In this document: positions 1 through 12,120 of the stretch, piece after piece | Numbering within the stretch: the stretch's first letter is position 1 | How the letters are laid out: each line of letters opens with the position of its first letter | NCBI RefSeq assembly: GCF_964213995.1 | Contig: NW_027590405.1 | Location: 186,001 to 229,914, forward strand | Source: Mustelus asterias | Taxonomy: Eukaryota | Direction: 5' to 3' | DNA length: 43,914 nucleotides | Notes under the pieces: model-generated | Databases searched by the model: none | What the model was told of the DNA's origin: nothing | Seen by the model: only the letters and a program-made list of their open reading frames with translations | Position numbers and translations under genes: made by a program

Positions 1-3000
1 ACTGTCCCCCATCAAACACTCCCAGGACAGGGACAGCACGGGGTTAGATACAGAGTAAAGCTCCCTCTACACTGTCCCCCATCAAACACTCACAGGACAG
101 GTACAGCACGGGGTTAGATACAGAGTAAAGCTCCCTCGACACTGTCGCCCCATCAAACACTCCCAGGACAGGTACGGCACGGGGTTAGATACAGAGTAAA
201 GCTCCCTCTTTACTGTCCACCATCAAACACTCCCAGGACAGGGACAGCACGGGGTTAGATACAGAGTAAAGCTCCCTCGACACTGTCCCCCCATCAAACA
301 CTCCCAGGACAGGTACGGCACGGGGTTAGATACAGAGTAAAGCTCCCTCTTTACTGTCCACCATCAAACACTCCCAGGACAGGGACAGCACGGGGTTAGA
401 TACAGAGTAAAGCTCCCTCGACACTGTCCCCCCATCAAACACTCCCAGGACAGGTACGGCACGGGGTTAGATACAGAGTAAAGCTCCCTCTTTACTGTCC
501 ACCATCAAACACTCCCAGGACAGGGACAGCACGGGGTTAGATACAGAGTAAAGCTCCCTCTACACTGTCCCCCATCAAACACTCCCAGGACAGGTACAGC
601 ACGGGGTTAGATACCGAGTAAAGCTCCCTCGACACTGTCCCCCCATCAAATACTCCCAGGACAGGTACAGCACAGGGTTAGATACAGAGTAAAGCTCCCT
701 CTACACTGTCCCCATCAAACACTCCCAGGACAGGGACAGCACGGGGTTAGATACAGAGTAAAGCTCCCTCTACACTGTCCCCCATCAAACACTCCCAGGA
801 CAGGGACAGCACGGGGTTAGATACAGAGTAAAGCTCCCTCTACACTGTCCCCCATCAAACACTCCCAGGACAGGGACAGCACGGGGTTAGATATAGAGTA
901 AAGCTCCCTCTACACTGTCCCCCATCAAACACTCACAGGACAGGTACAGCACGGGGTTAGATACAGAGTAAAGCTCCCTCGACACTGTCCCCCCATCAAA
1001 CACTCCCAGGACAGGTACGGCACGGGGTTAGATACAGAGTAAAGCTCCCTCTTTACTGTCCACCATCAAACACTCCCAGGACAGGGACAGCACGGGGTTA
1101 GATACAGAGTAAAGCTCCCTCGACACTGTCCCCCCATCAAACACTCCCAGGACAGGTACGGCACGGGGTTAGATACAGAGTAAAGCTCCCTCTTTACTGT
1201 CCACCATCAAACACTCCCAGGACAGGGACAGCACGGGGTTAGATACAGAGTAAAGCTCCCTCTACACTGTCCCCCATCAAACACTCCCAGGACAGGTACA
1301 GCACGGGGTTAGATACCGAGTAAAGCTCCCTCTCCACTGTCCCCCATCAAACACTCCCAGGACAGGTACAGCACAGGGTTAGATACAGAGTAAAGCTCCC
1401 TCTACACTGTCCCCCATTGAACACTCCCAGGACAGGTACAGCACGGGGTTAGATACAGAGTAAAGCTCCCTCTACACTGTCCCCCCATCAAACACTCCCA
1501 GGACAGGTACAGCACGGGGTTAGATACAGAGTAAAGCTCCCTCTACACTGTGCCCCCATCAAACACTCCCAGGACAGGTACAGCACGGGGTTAGATACAG
1601 AGTAAAGCTCCCTCTACACTGTCCCCCATCAAATACTCCCAGGACAGGTACAGCACGGGGTTAGATACAGAGTGAAGCTCCCTCGACACTGTCCCCCCAT
1701 CAAATACTCCCAGGACAGGTACAGCACAGGGTTAGATACAGAGTAAAGCTCCCTCTACACTGTCCCCATCAAACACTCCCAGGACAGGGACAGCACGGGG
1801 TTAGATACAGAGTAAAGCTCCCTCTACACTGTCCCCCATCAAACACTCCCAGGACAGGGACAGCACGGGGTTAGATACAGAGTAAAGCTCCCTCTACACT
1901 GTCCCCCATCAAACACTCCCAGGACAGGGACAGCACGGGGTTAGATACAGAGTAAAGCTCCCTCTACACTGTCCCCCATCAAACACTCACAGGACAGGTA
2001 CAGCACGGGGTTAGATACAGAGTAAAACTCCCTCGACACTGTCCCCCCATCAAACACTCCCAGGACAGGTACGGCACGGGGTTAGATACAGAGTAAAGCT
2101 CCCTCTACACTGTCCACCATCAAACACTCCCAGGACAGGGACGGCACGGGGTTAGATACAGAGTAAAGCTCCCTCTACACTGTCCCCCATCAAACACTCC
2201 CAGGACAGGTACAGCACGGGGTTAGATACCGAGTAAAGCTCCCTCTACACTGTCCCCCATCAAACACTCCCAGGACAGGTACAGCACAGGGTTAGATACA
2301 GAGTAAAGCTCCCTCTACACTGTCCCCCATTAAACACTCCCAGGACAGGTACAGCACGGGGTTAGATACAGAGTAAAACTCCCTCTACACTGTCCCCATC
2401 AAACACTCCCAGGACAGGTACAGCACGGGGTTAGATACAGAGTAAAGCTCCCTCTGCACTGTCCCGCCCCATCAAACACTCCCAGGACGGGTCCAGCACG
2501 GGGTTAGATACAGAGTAAAGCTCCCTCTACACTGTCCCCCATCAAACACTCCCAGGACAGGAACAGCACGGGGTCAGATACAGAGTAAAGCCCCCTCTAC
2601 ACTGTCCCCATCAAACACTCCCAGGACAGGAACAGCATGGGGTTAGATACACAGTAAAGCTCCCTCTGCACTGTCCCCCCCATCAAACACTCCCAGGACA
2701 GGTGCAGCACGGGGTTAGATACAGAGTAAAGCTTCCTCTACACTGTCCCCCATCAAACACTCCCAGGACAGGTGCAGCACGGGGTTAGATACAGAGTAAA
2801 GCTCCCTCTACACTGTCCCCCATCAAACACTCCCCGGACAGGAAAAGCATGGGGTTAGATACAGAGTAAAGCTCCCTCTACACTGTCCCCCATCAAACAC
2901 TCCTAGGACAGGAAAAGCATGGGGTTAGATACAGAGTAAAGCTCCCTCTACACTGTCCCCCATTAAACACTCCCAGGACAGGTACAGCACGGGGTTAGAT

Positions 3001-4655
3001 ACAGAGTAAAACTCCCTCTACACTGTCCCCATCAAACACTCCCAGGACAGGTACAGCACGGGGTTAGATACAGAGTAAAGCTCCCTCTGCACTGTCCCGC
3101 CCCATCAAACACTCCCAGGACGGGTCCAGCACGGGGTTAGATACAGAGTAAAGCTCCCTCTACACTGTCCCCCATCAAACACTCCCAGGACAGGAACAGC
3201 ACGGGGTCAGATACAGAGTAAAGCCCCCTCTACACTGTCCCCATCAAACACTCCCAGGACAGGAACAGCATGGGGTTAGATACACAGTAAAGCTCCCTCT
3301 GCACTGTCCCCCCCATCAAACACTCCCAGGACAGGTGCAGCACGGGGTTAGATACAGAGTAAAGCTTCCTCTACACTGTCCCCCATCAAACACTCCCAGG
3401 ACAGGTGCAGCACGGGGTTAGATACAGAGTAAAGCTCCCTCTACACTGTCCCCCATCAAACACTCCCCGGACAGGAAAAGCATGGGGTTAGATACAGAGT
3501 AAAGCTCCCTCTACACTGTCCCCCATCAAACACTCCTAGGACAGGAAAAGCATGGGGTTAGATACAGAGTAAAGCTCCCTCTACACTGTCCCCATTACCA
3601 CTCCCAGGACAGGTACAGCACGGGGTTAGATACAGAGTAAAACTCCCTCTACACTGTCCCCATCAAACACTCCCAGGACAGGTACAGCACGGGGTTAGAT
3701 ACAGAGTAAAGCTCCCTCTGCACTGTCCCGCCCCATCAAACACTCCCAGGACGGGTCCAGCACGGGGTTAGATACAGAGTAAAGCTCCCTCTACACTGTC
3801 CCCCATCAAACACTCCCAGGACAGGAACAGCACGGGGTCAGATACAGAGTAAAGCTCCCTCTTCACTGTCCCCATCAAACACTCCCAGGACAGGAACAGC
3901 ATGGGGTTAGATACACAGTAAAGCTCCCTCTGCACTGTCCCCCCCATCAAACACTCCCAGGACAGGTGCAGCACGGGGTTAGATACAGAGTAAAGCTTCC
4001 TCTACACTGTCCCCCATCAAACACTCCCAGGACAGGTGCAGCACGGGGTTCGATACAGAGTAAAGCTCCCTCTACACTGTCCCCCATCAAACACTCCCCG
4101 GACAGGAAAAGCATGGGGTTAGATACAGAGTAAAGCTCCCTCTACACTGTCCCCCATCAAACACTCCTAGGACAGGAAAAGCATGGGGTTAGATACAGAG
4201 TAAAGCTCCCTCTACACTGTCCCCATTACCACTCCCAGGACAGGTACAGCACGGGGTTAGATACAGAGTAAAGCTCCCTCTACACTGTCCCCATCAAACA
4301 CTCCCAGGACAGGTACAGCACGGGGTTAGATACAGAGTAAAGCTCCCTCTACACTGTCCCCCCCCATCAAACACTCCCAGGACAGGTGCAGCACGGGGTT
4401 AGATACAGAGTAAAGCTTCCTCTACACTGTCCCCCATCAAACACTCCCAGGACAGGTGCAGCACGGGGTTAGATACAGAGTAAAGCTCCCTCTACACTGT
4501 CCCCCATCAAACACTCCCAGGACAGGTACAGCACGGGGTTAGATACAGAGTAAAGCTCCCTCTGCACTGTCCCCATCAAACACTCCCAGGACAGGTACAG
4601 CACGGGGTTAGATACAGAGTAAAGCTCCCTCTACACTGTACCCCATCAAACATTG
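1..4655. repeat. 70-bp tandem satellite/minisatellite (about 66 units) in IPO4 intron 3, runs off the window edge
   Basis: Unit ACTGTCCCCCATCAAACACTCCCAGGACAGG(T/G)ACAGCACGGGGTTAGATACAGAGTAAAGCTCCCTCTAC repeats head-to-tail with single-base variants and C-run length changes. Confidence 0.97.
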
Positions 4656-5234
4656 CCAGATCAGGGAGGGTTAGGTTGACTGGCTGTGCTAAATTGCCCC
4701 TTTGTGGGGTTACGGGAATAGGCCCTGGGTGGGAGTTTGGTCAGTGCAGACGTTATGGGCCAAATGGCCTCCTTCTGCACTCTGGGGATTTCAAGACAGA
4801 TGCAGCACAGGGCGTACAGGCAGTAGTAGAGGCGGGTACAATTTTGTCCTTTAAAAAGCATTTAGACAGTTCCATGGTACGATGGGTATAGAGGGATATG
4901 GGCCAAATGTGGACTAGCTTAGGGGTTTAAAAAAAAAGGGTGGCATGGACTAGTTGGGCCGAAGGGCCTGTTTCCATGCTGTAAACCTCTATGACTCTCT
5001 ATTTGTTTAGGGTTATACATTATTGTGGTTGTTTTGTTTTTAATTGATAAAAGTTATTGCTGATATTTTTACTATACATGTTAACTATAAACTTTGTTTG
5101 ATGAAAGCTCCCTCGTGGGTCACCTGAATTATACCTGGAGTGAAACATCTCATGCTTACCCAAACCAAATTCAAAGTGCAAAACTTATGACCCAGGCGGG
5201 CTTCATTTCTGATCTGAATTATAACTAAACGTAC

Positions 5235-5314
5235 TTCTCTTTCAGATCCACTGACAGCTTCTTCCAATGTTTGGCAATTCTCCTCCGCACGAGTACAGCT
5301 GCAAACTGACGGAT
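5235..5314 (-). CDS. IPO4: Importin-4 coding exon 3 (80 nt; IRQFAAVLVRRRIAKHWKKLSVDLKE plus 2 nt)
   Basis: Acceptor ctacttcag|ATC, donor GAGAA|gtacgt. Peptide matches the recalled IPO4 N-terminal segment IRQFAAVLTRRR and is in frame with exon 2. Confidence 0.93.
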
Positions 5315-5407
5315 CTGAAGTAGACAGGGGAGAGCAGGGTGAGTTTCCGCGTCGCTGGAGAGGGGGCAGCGGGAGGAAATGCACCCAGAAACAAAATACC
5401 AACAAAA

Positions 5408-5860
5408 TGGGCGGCACAGAGGTTCGCACTGCTGCCTCACAGCGCCCAGGGACCCAGGTTCGAATCCCGGCGTGGTCACCCCGCTTGTGTGGGGAGTTTG
5501 CACATTCTCCCCATGTCTGCGTGGGTTTCCTCCGGGTGAAGAAGAACAAAGAACAATACAGCACAGGAACAGGCCCTTCGGCCCTCCAAGCCCGCGCCAC
5601 TCCCTGGTCCAAACTAGACCATTCTTTTGTATCCCTCCATTCCCACTCCGTTCATATGGCTGTCTAGATAAGTGTGTTCCAGTTTCCTCCCACAGTCCGA
5701 AGGTTAGGTGGATTGGCCGTGCCAAATTGACCCGAGTGTCAGGGGGATTAGCAGGGTAAATGTGTGAGGTTAAGGGAACAGGGCCCAGGTGGGATTGCGG
5801 TCGATACAGACTCGACGGGCCAAATGGCCTCCTTCTGTGCTGTAGAGATTCTCTGATTCC
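5408..5860 (+). mobile_element. tRNA-derived V-SINE (HE1-like) interrupted by an inverted CR1 3' tail (about 5540-5672)
   Basis: GGCGGCAC...GGTTCGAATCCC tRNA-like head, V-domain TGTGGGGAGTTTGCACATTCTCCCCATGTCTGCGTGGGTTTCCTCCGGGTG, tail resumes at about 5673. Confidence 0.8.
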
Positions 5861-5939
5861 TGATTCTATGACCACAGAGGGCTGAAAGGCACCTAACCAG
5901 GTTAGATAAGGTCCAATGCCAGCTGGCTCTACATGGAAA

Positions 5940-6890
5940 CTAGAAGCCGGAGGAGGCCTTTCAGCCCTTCGAGCCTGTTCCGACATTCATTTTGATCATG
6001 GCTGATCATCGAATTCAATATCCTGATTCCCCCCCCCTTCCCTTCATATCCCTCGATCCCTTTAACCCCAAGAGCTATATCTAACTTCTTGAAATCACAC
6101 AATGTTTTGGCCTCAACTACTTTCTGTGGGAGTGAATTCCACACATTCACCACCCTCTGGGTGAAGAAATTTCTCCTCACCTCAGTCCTAAAAGGTTTAC
6201 CCCTTATCCTCAAACTATGACCCCCTAGTTCTGGACTCTGCCACCATTAGTGTCAGGGTGACTAGCATGTGAAGTGGTTTTATCACTAGACAATTAATCC
6301 GGAAACTCAGCTAACGTTCTGGGGGACCCCGGGTTCGAATCCCGTCCGCGGCAGATGGAGGAATTTGATTTCAATAAAAAATATCTGGGATTAAGAATCT
6401 ACTGATGACCCATTGTCGGAGAAACCCATCTGGTTCCCTTTGGGGAAGGAAATCTGCCGTCCTTACCCCGGTCTGGCCTACATGTGACTCCAGAGCCACA
6501 GCAATGTGGTTGAGTCTCAACTGCCCTCCAAGGGCTACTAGGGATGGGCAATGAATGCTGGACCAGCCGGGGACGCCCGTGTCCCACGGTTGAATTTTTT
6601 AAAAAACATTCTTTCTGAATCTACCCTGTCTAACCCTGTTAGAATTTTATAAGTTTCTATGAGATCCCCTCTCACTCTTCTAAACTCCAGTGAATATAAT
6701 CCTAACCGACTTAGTCTCTCCTCATATGACAGACCTGCCATCCCAGGAATCAGCCTGGTAAATCTTCACTGCACTCCCTCTATAGCAAGGACATCCTTCC
6801 TCAGATAAGGAGACCAAAACTGCACACAATACTCCAGGTGTGGCCTCACCAACGCCCTGTACAATTGCAGTAAAACATCTCTATTCCTAC
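5940..6890 (-). mobile_element. CR1-clade LINE 3' fragment, split by a SINE insertion (about 6250-6605)
   Basis: Minus-strand ORFs GLSYEERLSRLGLYSLEFRRVRGDLIETYKI and RRNFFTQRVVNVWNSLP are typical CR1 ORF2 C-terminus. Confidence 0.85.
6250..6605 (+). mobile_element. Second tRNA-derived SINE family (possibly SacSINE1-like)
   Basis: B-box GGTTCGAATCCC at about 6332, distinct body (GAAGGAAATCTGCCGTCCTTACC...GGGATGGGCAATGAATGCTGG), A-rich end. Family name is from memory. Confidence 0.55.
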
Positions 6891-7069
6891 GTAGTCAGCA
6901 CGTCAGCAATGCCAAGGTGGGAAGGTTCTGAGATTCCCACAGGGATTGAGAACTATCTTGCCTGTTCTTTCCCCAAAAGTGGCCGGAAGATTCTTTTATT
7001 TCCACCCAAGAGATGGGGCCTCGTTTTAAAGTCTCAGACGCAAAAGTCCACTCTGTGGGTGCTGGGAAA

Positions 7070-8130
7070 GGAATTAATGGGTACTTTTCAAATTGGCAGG
7101 CAGTAACTCGTGGGGTGCCACAGGGATCGGTGCTGGGACCCCAGCTATTCACAACATGTATTAAGTATTTGGATGAGGGGACAAAATGTAACATCTCAAA
7201 GTTTGCAGACGATACCAAGTTGGGTGGGAGGGTGAGCTGTGAGGAGGATGCAGAGATCCTTCAGCATGATCTGGACAGGTTGGCTGAGTGGGCTAATCGG
7301 TGGCAGATGCAGTGTAATTTGGATAAGTGTGAGGATATTCACTTTGGAAGCAGAAACAAGGAGGCAGATTACTACCCGAATGGGTGTAAATTGGGAGAGG
7401 GGAGTGTGCAGAGGGACCTGGGTGTCCTTGTGCACCAGTCGCTGAAGGTAAGCATGCAGGTGCAGCAGGGGGTAAAGAAGGCAGATGGTATGTTGGCCTT
7501 CATTGCGAGAGGTTTCGAGTACAGGAGCGAGGGATGTGTTGTTGCGATTATACAGGGTCCTTGGTGAGACCACACCCAGAGTATTGTGTGCAGTTTGGGT
7601 CTCCTTTTCTGAGGAAGGATGTTCTTGCTCTCGAGGGAGTTGCAGCGAAGGTTTCCCAGGCTGATCCCGGGGATGGCGGGACTGATGTACGAGGAGAGAT
7701 TGACCAGGTTAGGATTGTTTTCCCTGGAGTTCAGGCGAATGAGGGGGGAATCTCGTGGAAACTTATAAAGTTCTTCAGGTCTGGACAGGGTAGATGCAGG
7801 GAGGATGTTCCTGATGGTGGGGGAGTCCAGAACCAGGGGTCACAGTCTGGGGGATTCGGGGTAGACCATTTAGGACGGAGTTGAGGAGACATTTCTTCAC
7901 CCAGAGAGCGGTGAGCCTGTGGAATTCATTCCCACAGGAAGTAGTTGATGTCAAAATATTGAATGTATTCAAGAGGTGGCTGGATAGGGCACTGGGGGCA
8001 AATGGGATCAAAGGTTATGGGGAGAAAGCAGGATTAGGCTATTGAGTTGGATGATCAGCCATGATGGTGATGAGTGTGGCGGAGCAGGTTCAAGGGGCCG
8101 AATGGCCTCCTCCTACTCCTGTGTTTCTAT
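7070..8130 (+). mobile_element. CR1 LINE 3' fragment (RT C-terminal half, frameshifted)
   Basis: GVPQGSVLGP and KFADDTK motifs in ORF 7013-7567; frameshifts downstream; CR1 3' UTR ending in TTTCTATG. Confidence 0.9.
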
Positions 8131-8184
8131 GTGAAGCCCACTCCCTTGTTCCTTCCCCATATCGCCATCATCCTTTTGCCTCGA

Positions 8185-8690
8185 CAAAAGAGCAAAGACT
8201 GATAGCCAAGTTCCGCACACGAGGACAGCCTCAACCGGGATCTTGGGTTCATGTCACACTATCTGTACCCCCACGACTTGCCTGGGCTTGCAAAATCTCA
8301 CTAACTGTCCTGGCCGGAGACAATACACATCTCTTTAAACTGTGATTATCCCTCTCTCCACTCGCACTGTCTGTACCTGTAAAGACTCGATTACCTGTGA
8401 AGACTCGATTACCTGTGAAGACTCGATTACCTGTGAAGACTCGATTACCTGTGAAGACTCGATTACCTGTGAAGACTCGATTACCTGTGAAGACTCGCAT
8501 TCCAACCTTTATCTTGCAATCGTGTCTTTGTCTATATATGCCGTGTTTGTGAACCCAACTCTCCACTCACTTGATGAAGGAGCAGCGCTCCAAAAGCTCG
8601 TGATTTCAAATAAACCTGTTGGACTTTAACCTGGTTTTGTGAGACTTCTTACTGTGCCCACCCCATTCCAACACCTGCATCTCCACATCA
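8185..8690 (+). mobile_element. Penelope-like element remnant (GIY-YIG C-terminus plus terminal repeat region with degenerate hammerhead)
   Basis: Encodes EQRLIAKFRT..; homologous to 20752-21256; contains TTGATGAAGGAGCAGCGCTCCAAAAGCTCGTG. Confidence 0.7.
8388..8497. repeat. 18-bp tandem repeat (GAAGACTCGATTACCTGT, about 6 copies)
   Basis: Directly visible; translates as CEDSIT repeats in the ORF track. Confidence 0.95.
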
Positions 8691-8699
8691 CAAATATTT

Positions 8700-9370
8700 G
8701 TCGGGGACGAAGTAGAAAGGGTCGAGAGCTTCAAGTTTTTAGGTGTCCAGATCACCAACAACCTGTCCTGGTCCCCCCCATGCCAACACTATAGTTAAGA
8801 AAGCCCCACCAACACCTCTACTTTCTCAGAAGACTAAGGAAATTTGGCATGTCAGCTACAACTCTCACCAACTTTTACAGATGCCCCATAGAAAGCATTC
8901 TTTCTGGTTGTACCACAGCTCGGTCTGGGGCTCCTGCTCTGCCCAAGACCGCAAGGAACTACAAAAGGGTCGTGAATGTAGCCCAATCCATCACGCAAAC
9001 CCGGCCTCCCATCCATTGACTCTGTCTACACTTCCCGCTGCCTCGGGGGAAAAGCAGCCAGTATAATTAAGGACCCCCCACACCCCGAACATTCTCTCTT
9101 CCACCTTCTTCCATCGGGAAAAAGACACAAAAGTCTGAGGTCACGCACCGACCGACTCAAGAACAGCTTCTTCCCTGCTGCTGTCAGACTTTTGAATGGA
9201 CCTACCTCGCATTAAGTTGATCTTTCTCTACACCCTAGCTATGACTGTAACACTACATTCTGCACTCTCTTGTTTCCTTCTCTATGAACGGTATGCTTTG
9301 TCTGTATAGCGCGCAAGAAACAATACTTTTCACTGTATGTTAACACATGTGACAATAATAAATCAAATAT
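8700..9370 (+). mobile_element. Rex1/Babar-like LINE 3' fragment
   Basis: Frameshifted IVKKA..RLYFLRRLRKFGMSATTLTNFYRC.IESILSGC peptide and AATAAATCAAAT tail; related copies at 28992-29668 and 36730-37352. Confidence 0.75.
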
Positions 9371-9602
9371 TTATCTAATTCTGCTGACATTCACCATTGA
9401 AATTGCTTCCCTGCCCCTTACGTGTTACTAAACGCAACAACTTTCTTTGCATAATAAAATAGAGATGTCCTTTCTCCCGCTGGTTCATTTGGCTGGTATC
9501 TGGGTCCGTGTGGTTAGCCAACACCAGCCCGGTTCTGTCCCCCACATGCCCCAGCCACTGGGAACATTTTTGTCCTTCAGAATAAAGTTAGGAGCTGTTT
9601 AC

Positions 9603-9689
9603 CTGATGGTTCGGTGAGCTTGCGAGGATGTTGCAGAGTGCAGGGACCACTGACGGATCCTTAAACGCGTCCTTCAACTGAGCTGTGGC
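9603..9689 (-). CDS. IPO4: Importin-4 coding exon 2 (87 nt; ATAQLKDAFKDPSVVPALCNILASSPNHQ)
   Basis: Not in the ORF track; read manually. Acceptor cccacccgcag|GCC, donor CAG|gtaaac, phase 0-0. Matches recalled human IPO4 ATEQLQIVLRAPAALPALCDLLASAADPQ. Confidence 0.93.
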
Positions 9690-9946
9690 CTGCGGGTGGG
9701 ACAAGAGGCAGAGGGGTTACACAGTCCACGGCGCAGGGGACAAGCCGCCCAACTCCGTGAGCCACCCCCACCTCCCCGCCCCGCCACTCACACCACAAAG
9801 ACAGTGGGCACACTGTACCTTCAACACAGAATCAAACAGATAATAATGTGAAAAGAAGGCACTTTCGTACTCCAGCCCCTTTTTAAATGATGCCATCGCC
9901 ACCTCAATAATAACCTGGTGATAATTCAAGTTCCAAATGGAGCATG

Positions 9947-10262
9947 GGGCGGCACGGTAGCACAGTGGTTAGCACTGCTGCCTCACAGCACCAGGGACCC
10001 GGGTTCGATTCCCGGCTTGGGTCACTGTCTGTGTGTAGTCTGCACATTCTCCCCGTGTCTGCGTGGGTTTCCTCCGGGTGCTCCGGTTTCCTCCCACAGT
10101 CTGAGAGACGTGGCTGGTTAGGGTGCATTGGGCCATGCAAAATTCTCCCTCAGTGTGACCCAAACAGGTGCCGGGGTGTGGCGACTGGGGGATTCTCACA
10201 GTAACGTCATTGCAGTGTTAATGTAAGCTGACTTGTGACACTAATAGATAAACTTTAAACGT
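9947..10262 (+). mobile_element. tRNA-derived V-SINE copy
   Basis: A-box/B-box head GGCACGGTAGCACAGTGG...GGTTCGATTCCC, V-domain, tail ending ATAAACTTTAAAC. Confidence 0.88.
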
Positions 10263-10310
10263 TAAAGGCATCCGCTGAGCAGGGGAAAACCTGCTGCCTC
10301 CCTCAAGAAA

Positions 10311-10706
10311 GTTAAAGTTTATTTATTAGTCACAAGTAGGGTGTCTTGACAAGTCCAGGAATAGGATGGGAATAGAGGGATACGGTCCCCAGAAGTGGAG
10401 GGGGTTTTAGTTCAGTCGGGGCAGCATGGTCGGTGCAGGCTTGGAGGGCCGAAGGGCCTGTTTCTGTGCTGGAATTTTCTTTGTTCTTTGTTCTAAGGCT
10501 TACATTAACACTGCAATAAAGTTACTGTGAAAATACCCTAGTCACCACAGTCCGGCGCCTGTTTGGGTCAATGTACCCGAACCAGCACGTCTCTCAGACT
10601 GTGGGAGGAAACCGGAGCACCCGGAGGAAACCCACGCAGACACGGGGAGCTCGTGCAAATGTGCTATGAAGCCGCAGTGCTAACCACTGTGCCACCATGC
10701 CGCCCA
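10311..10706 (-). mobile_element. V-SINE copy inverted relative to 9947-10262, with a CR1 tail inserted at about 10341-10495
   Basis: Reverse complement of the same tail, V-domain and head. Confidence 0.82.
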
Positions 10707-10837
10707 CGGATGCTGTGCAGTTGGGTCACTCCTTGACACCAGTTCTTCCACTACCCACAATGGAGTCATGGAGACTGCGCCGACTTCTCCCAGAGTGCTC
10801 CTCAGTGAAGCCTGTCTGTCACTCTGCTGGATGCCTG

Positions 10838-11372
10838 CTATATAACACCTTGGTTAGGCCGCATTTGGAGCATTGCGTGCGGTTCTGGTCGCCGCACTAA
10901 TAGAAGGACGTGGAAGCTTTGGGGAGAGTGCTCACCAGGATGTTGCCTGGTCTCGAGGGTGTCGGCTATGAGGAGAGGTTGACTAAACTGGGATTGTTCT
11001 ATCTGGAAAGACGGAGGCTGAGGGGAGACCGGATAGAGGTCGACAAAATGATGAGAGGCACAGACAGGGTGGATAGTCGGAGCTATTTCCCAGGGTGGAA
11101 GTGTCAAGGGGGCACAGGTTCAAGGGGAAAGTTTAAGGGAGATGTGTGGGGGAGGTTTTTCACACAGAGAGCGGTGGGTGCCTGGAACGCGCTGCCAGAG
11201 GAGGTGGTGGAAACAGGCACATTAGCAACATTGAAGAGGCATCTGGATGGGTCCATGAACAGGGAGGGAATAGAGGGATACGGACCGAGTAAGTTCGAAT
11301 ACTTAGGGATCACAATCGGCACAGGCGTGGAGGGCCGAAGGGCCTGCTCTTGTGCTGTTCTTTGTTCTTGTA
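10838..11372 (+). mobile_element. CR1 LINE 3' fragment
   Basis: LVRPHLEHCVRFWSPH, YEERLTKLGLF and FFTQRAVGAWNALP peptides with an in-frame stop. Confidence 0.88.
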
Positions 11373-11539
11373 TGATGCACTGTCGTGAGTTTAAATGTGA
11401 CTTTTTAGCGGGGATTTAGCAGAATTCAGAGTTGAGGTCCCACTGGCAGGTATGTGGATACAGGCCACAGAAATCTGACTAACTCTCGGAGTCATGTACT
11501 GAATTTTGGCCAATCTGCAGTATCTCGACGTATCCAGTA

Positions 11540-12120
11540 CAACACAAGTCAGGAGTGTGACGGAATTGATTGGATGGGAGCCGTTCCAACAGCCCTCAAG
11601 AAGCTCGACACTATCCAGGACATTCTGGAGTGTGATGGAACAATCTCCGCTTGCCTGGATGAGTGCGCCTCTCCAACAACAATCTCCACTTGCCTGGATG
11701 AGTGCGGCTCTCCAACAACAATCTCCACTTGCCCGGATGAGTGCGCCTCTCCAACAACAATCTCCACTTGCTCGGATGAGTGCGCCTCTCCAACAACAAT
11801 CTCCACTTGCCTCGATGAGTGCGCCTCTCCAACAACAATCTCCACTTGCCCGGATGAGTGCGCCTCTCCAACAACAATCTCCACTTGCCTGGATGAGTGC
11901 GTCTCCAACAACAATCTCCACTTGCCTGGATGAGTGCGGCTCTCCAACAATAATCTCCACTTGCCTGGATGAGTGCGGCTCCCAACAACACTCGAGAAGC
12001 TCAACACCATCCGGGACAAAGCAGCCCCTCCACCCCCGCTCGATCGACACGCTAACCACCAACATTCACTCCCTCCACCACCGACACACAGCGACAGCCG
12101 TGTGTACCATCTACAAGATG
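11540..12120 (+). repeat. LINE RT remnant with an internal 39-bp tandem expansion (CAACAACAATCTCCACTTGCCTGGATGAGTGCGCCTCTC, about 9 copies)
   Basis: Flanks read QVRSV.E..PLAWMS..PTTLEKLNTIRDKAA, resembling a LINE RT C-terminal segment; the unit translates QQQSPLAWMSAPL. Confidence 0.8.

Noticed and set aside
1-4655. CRISPR-like regular array
   Set aside because: No unique spacers, no cas genes, eukaryotic context; it is a plain satellite.
9947-10020. tRNA genes
   Set aside because: tRNA-like heads continue directly into SINE bodies; no complete cloverleaf or terminator.
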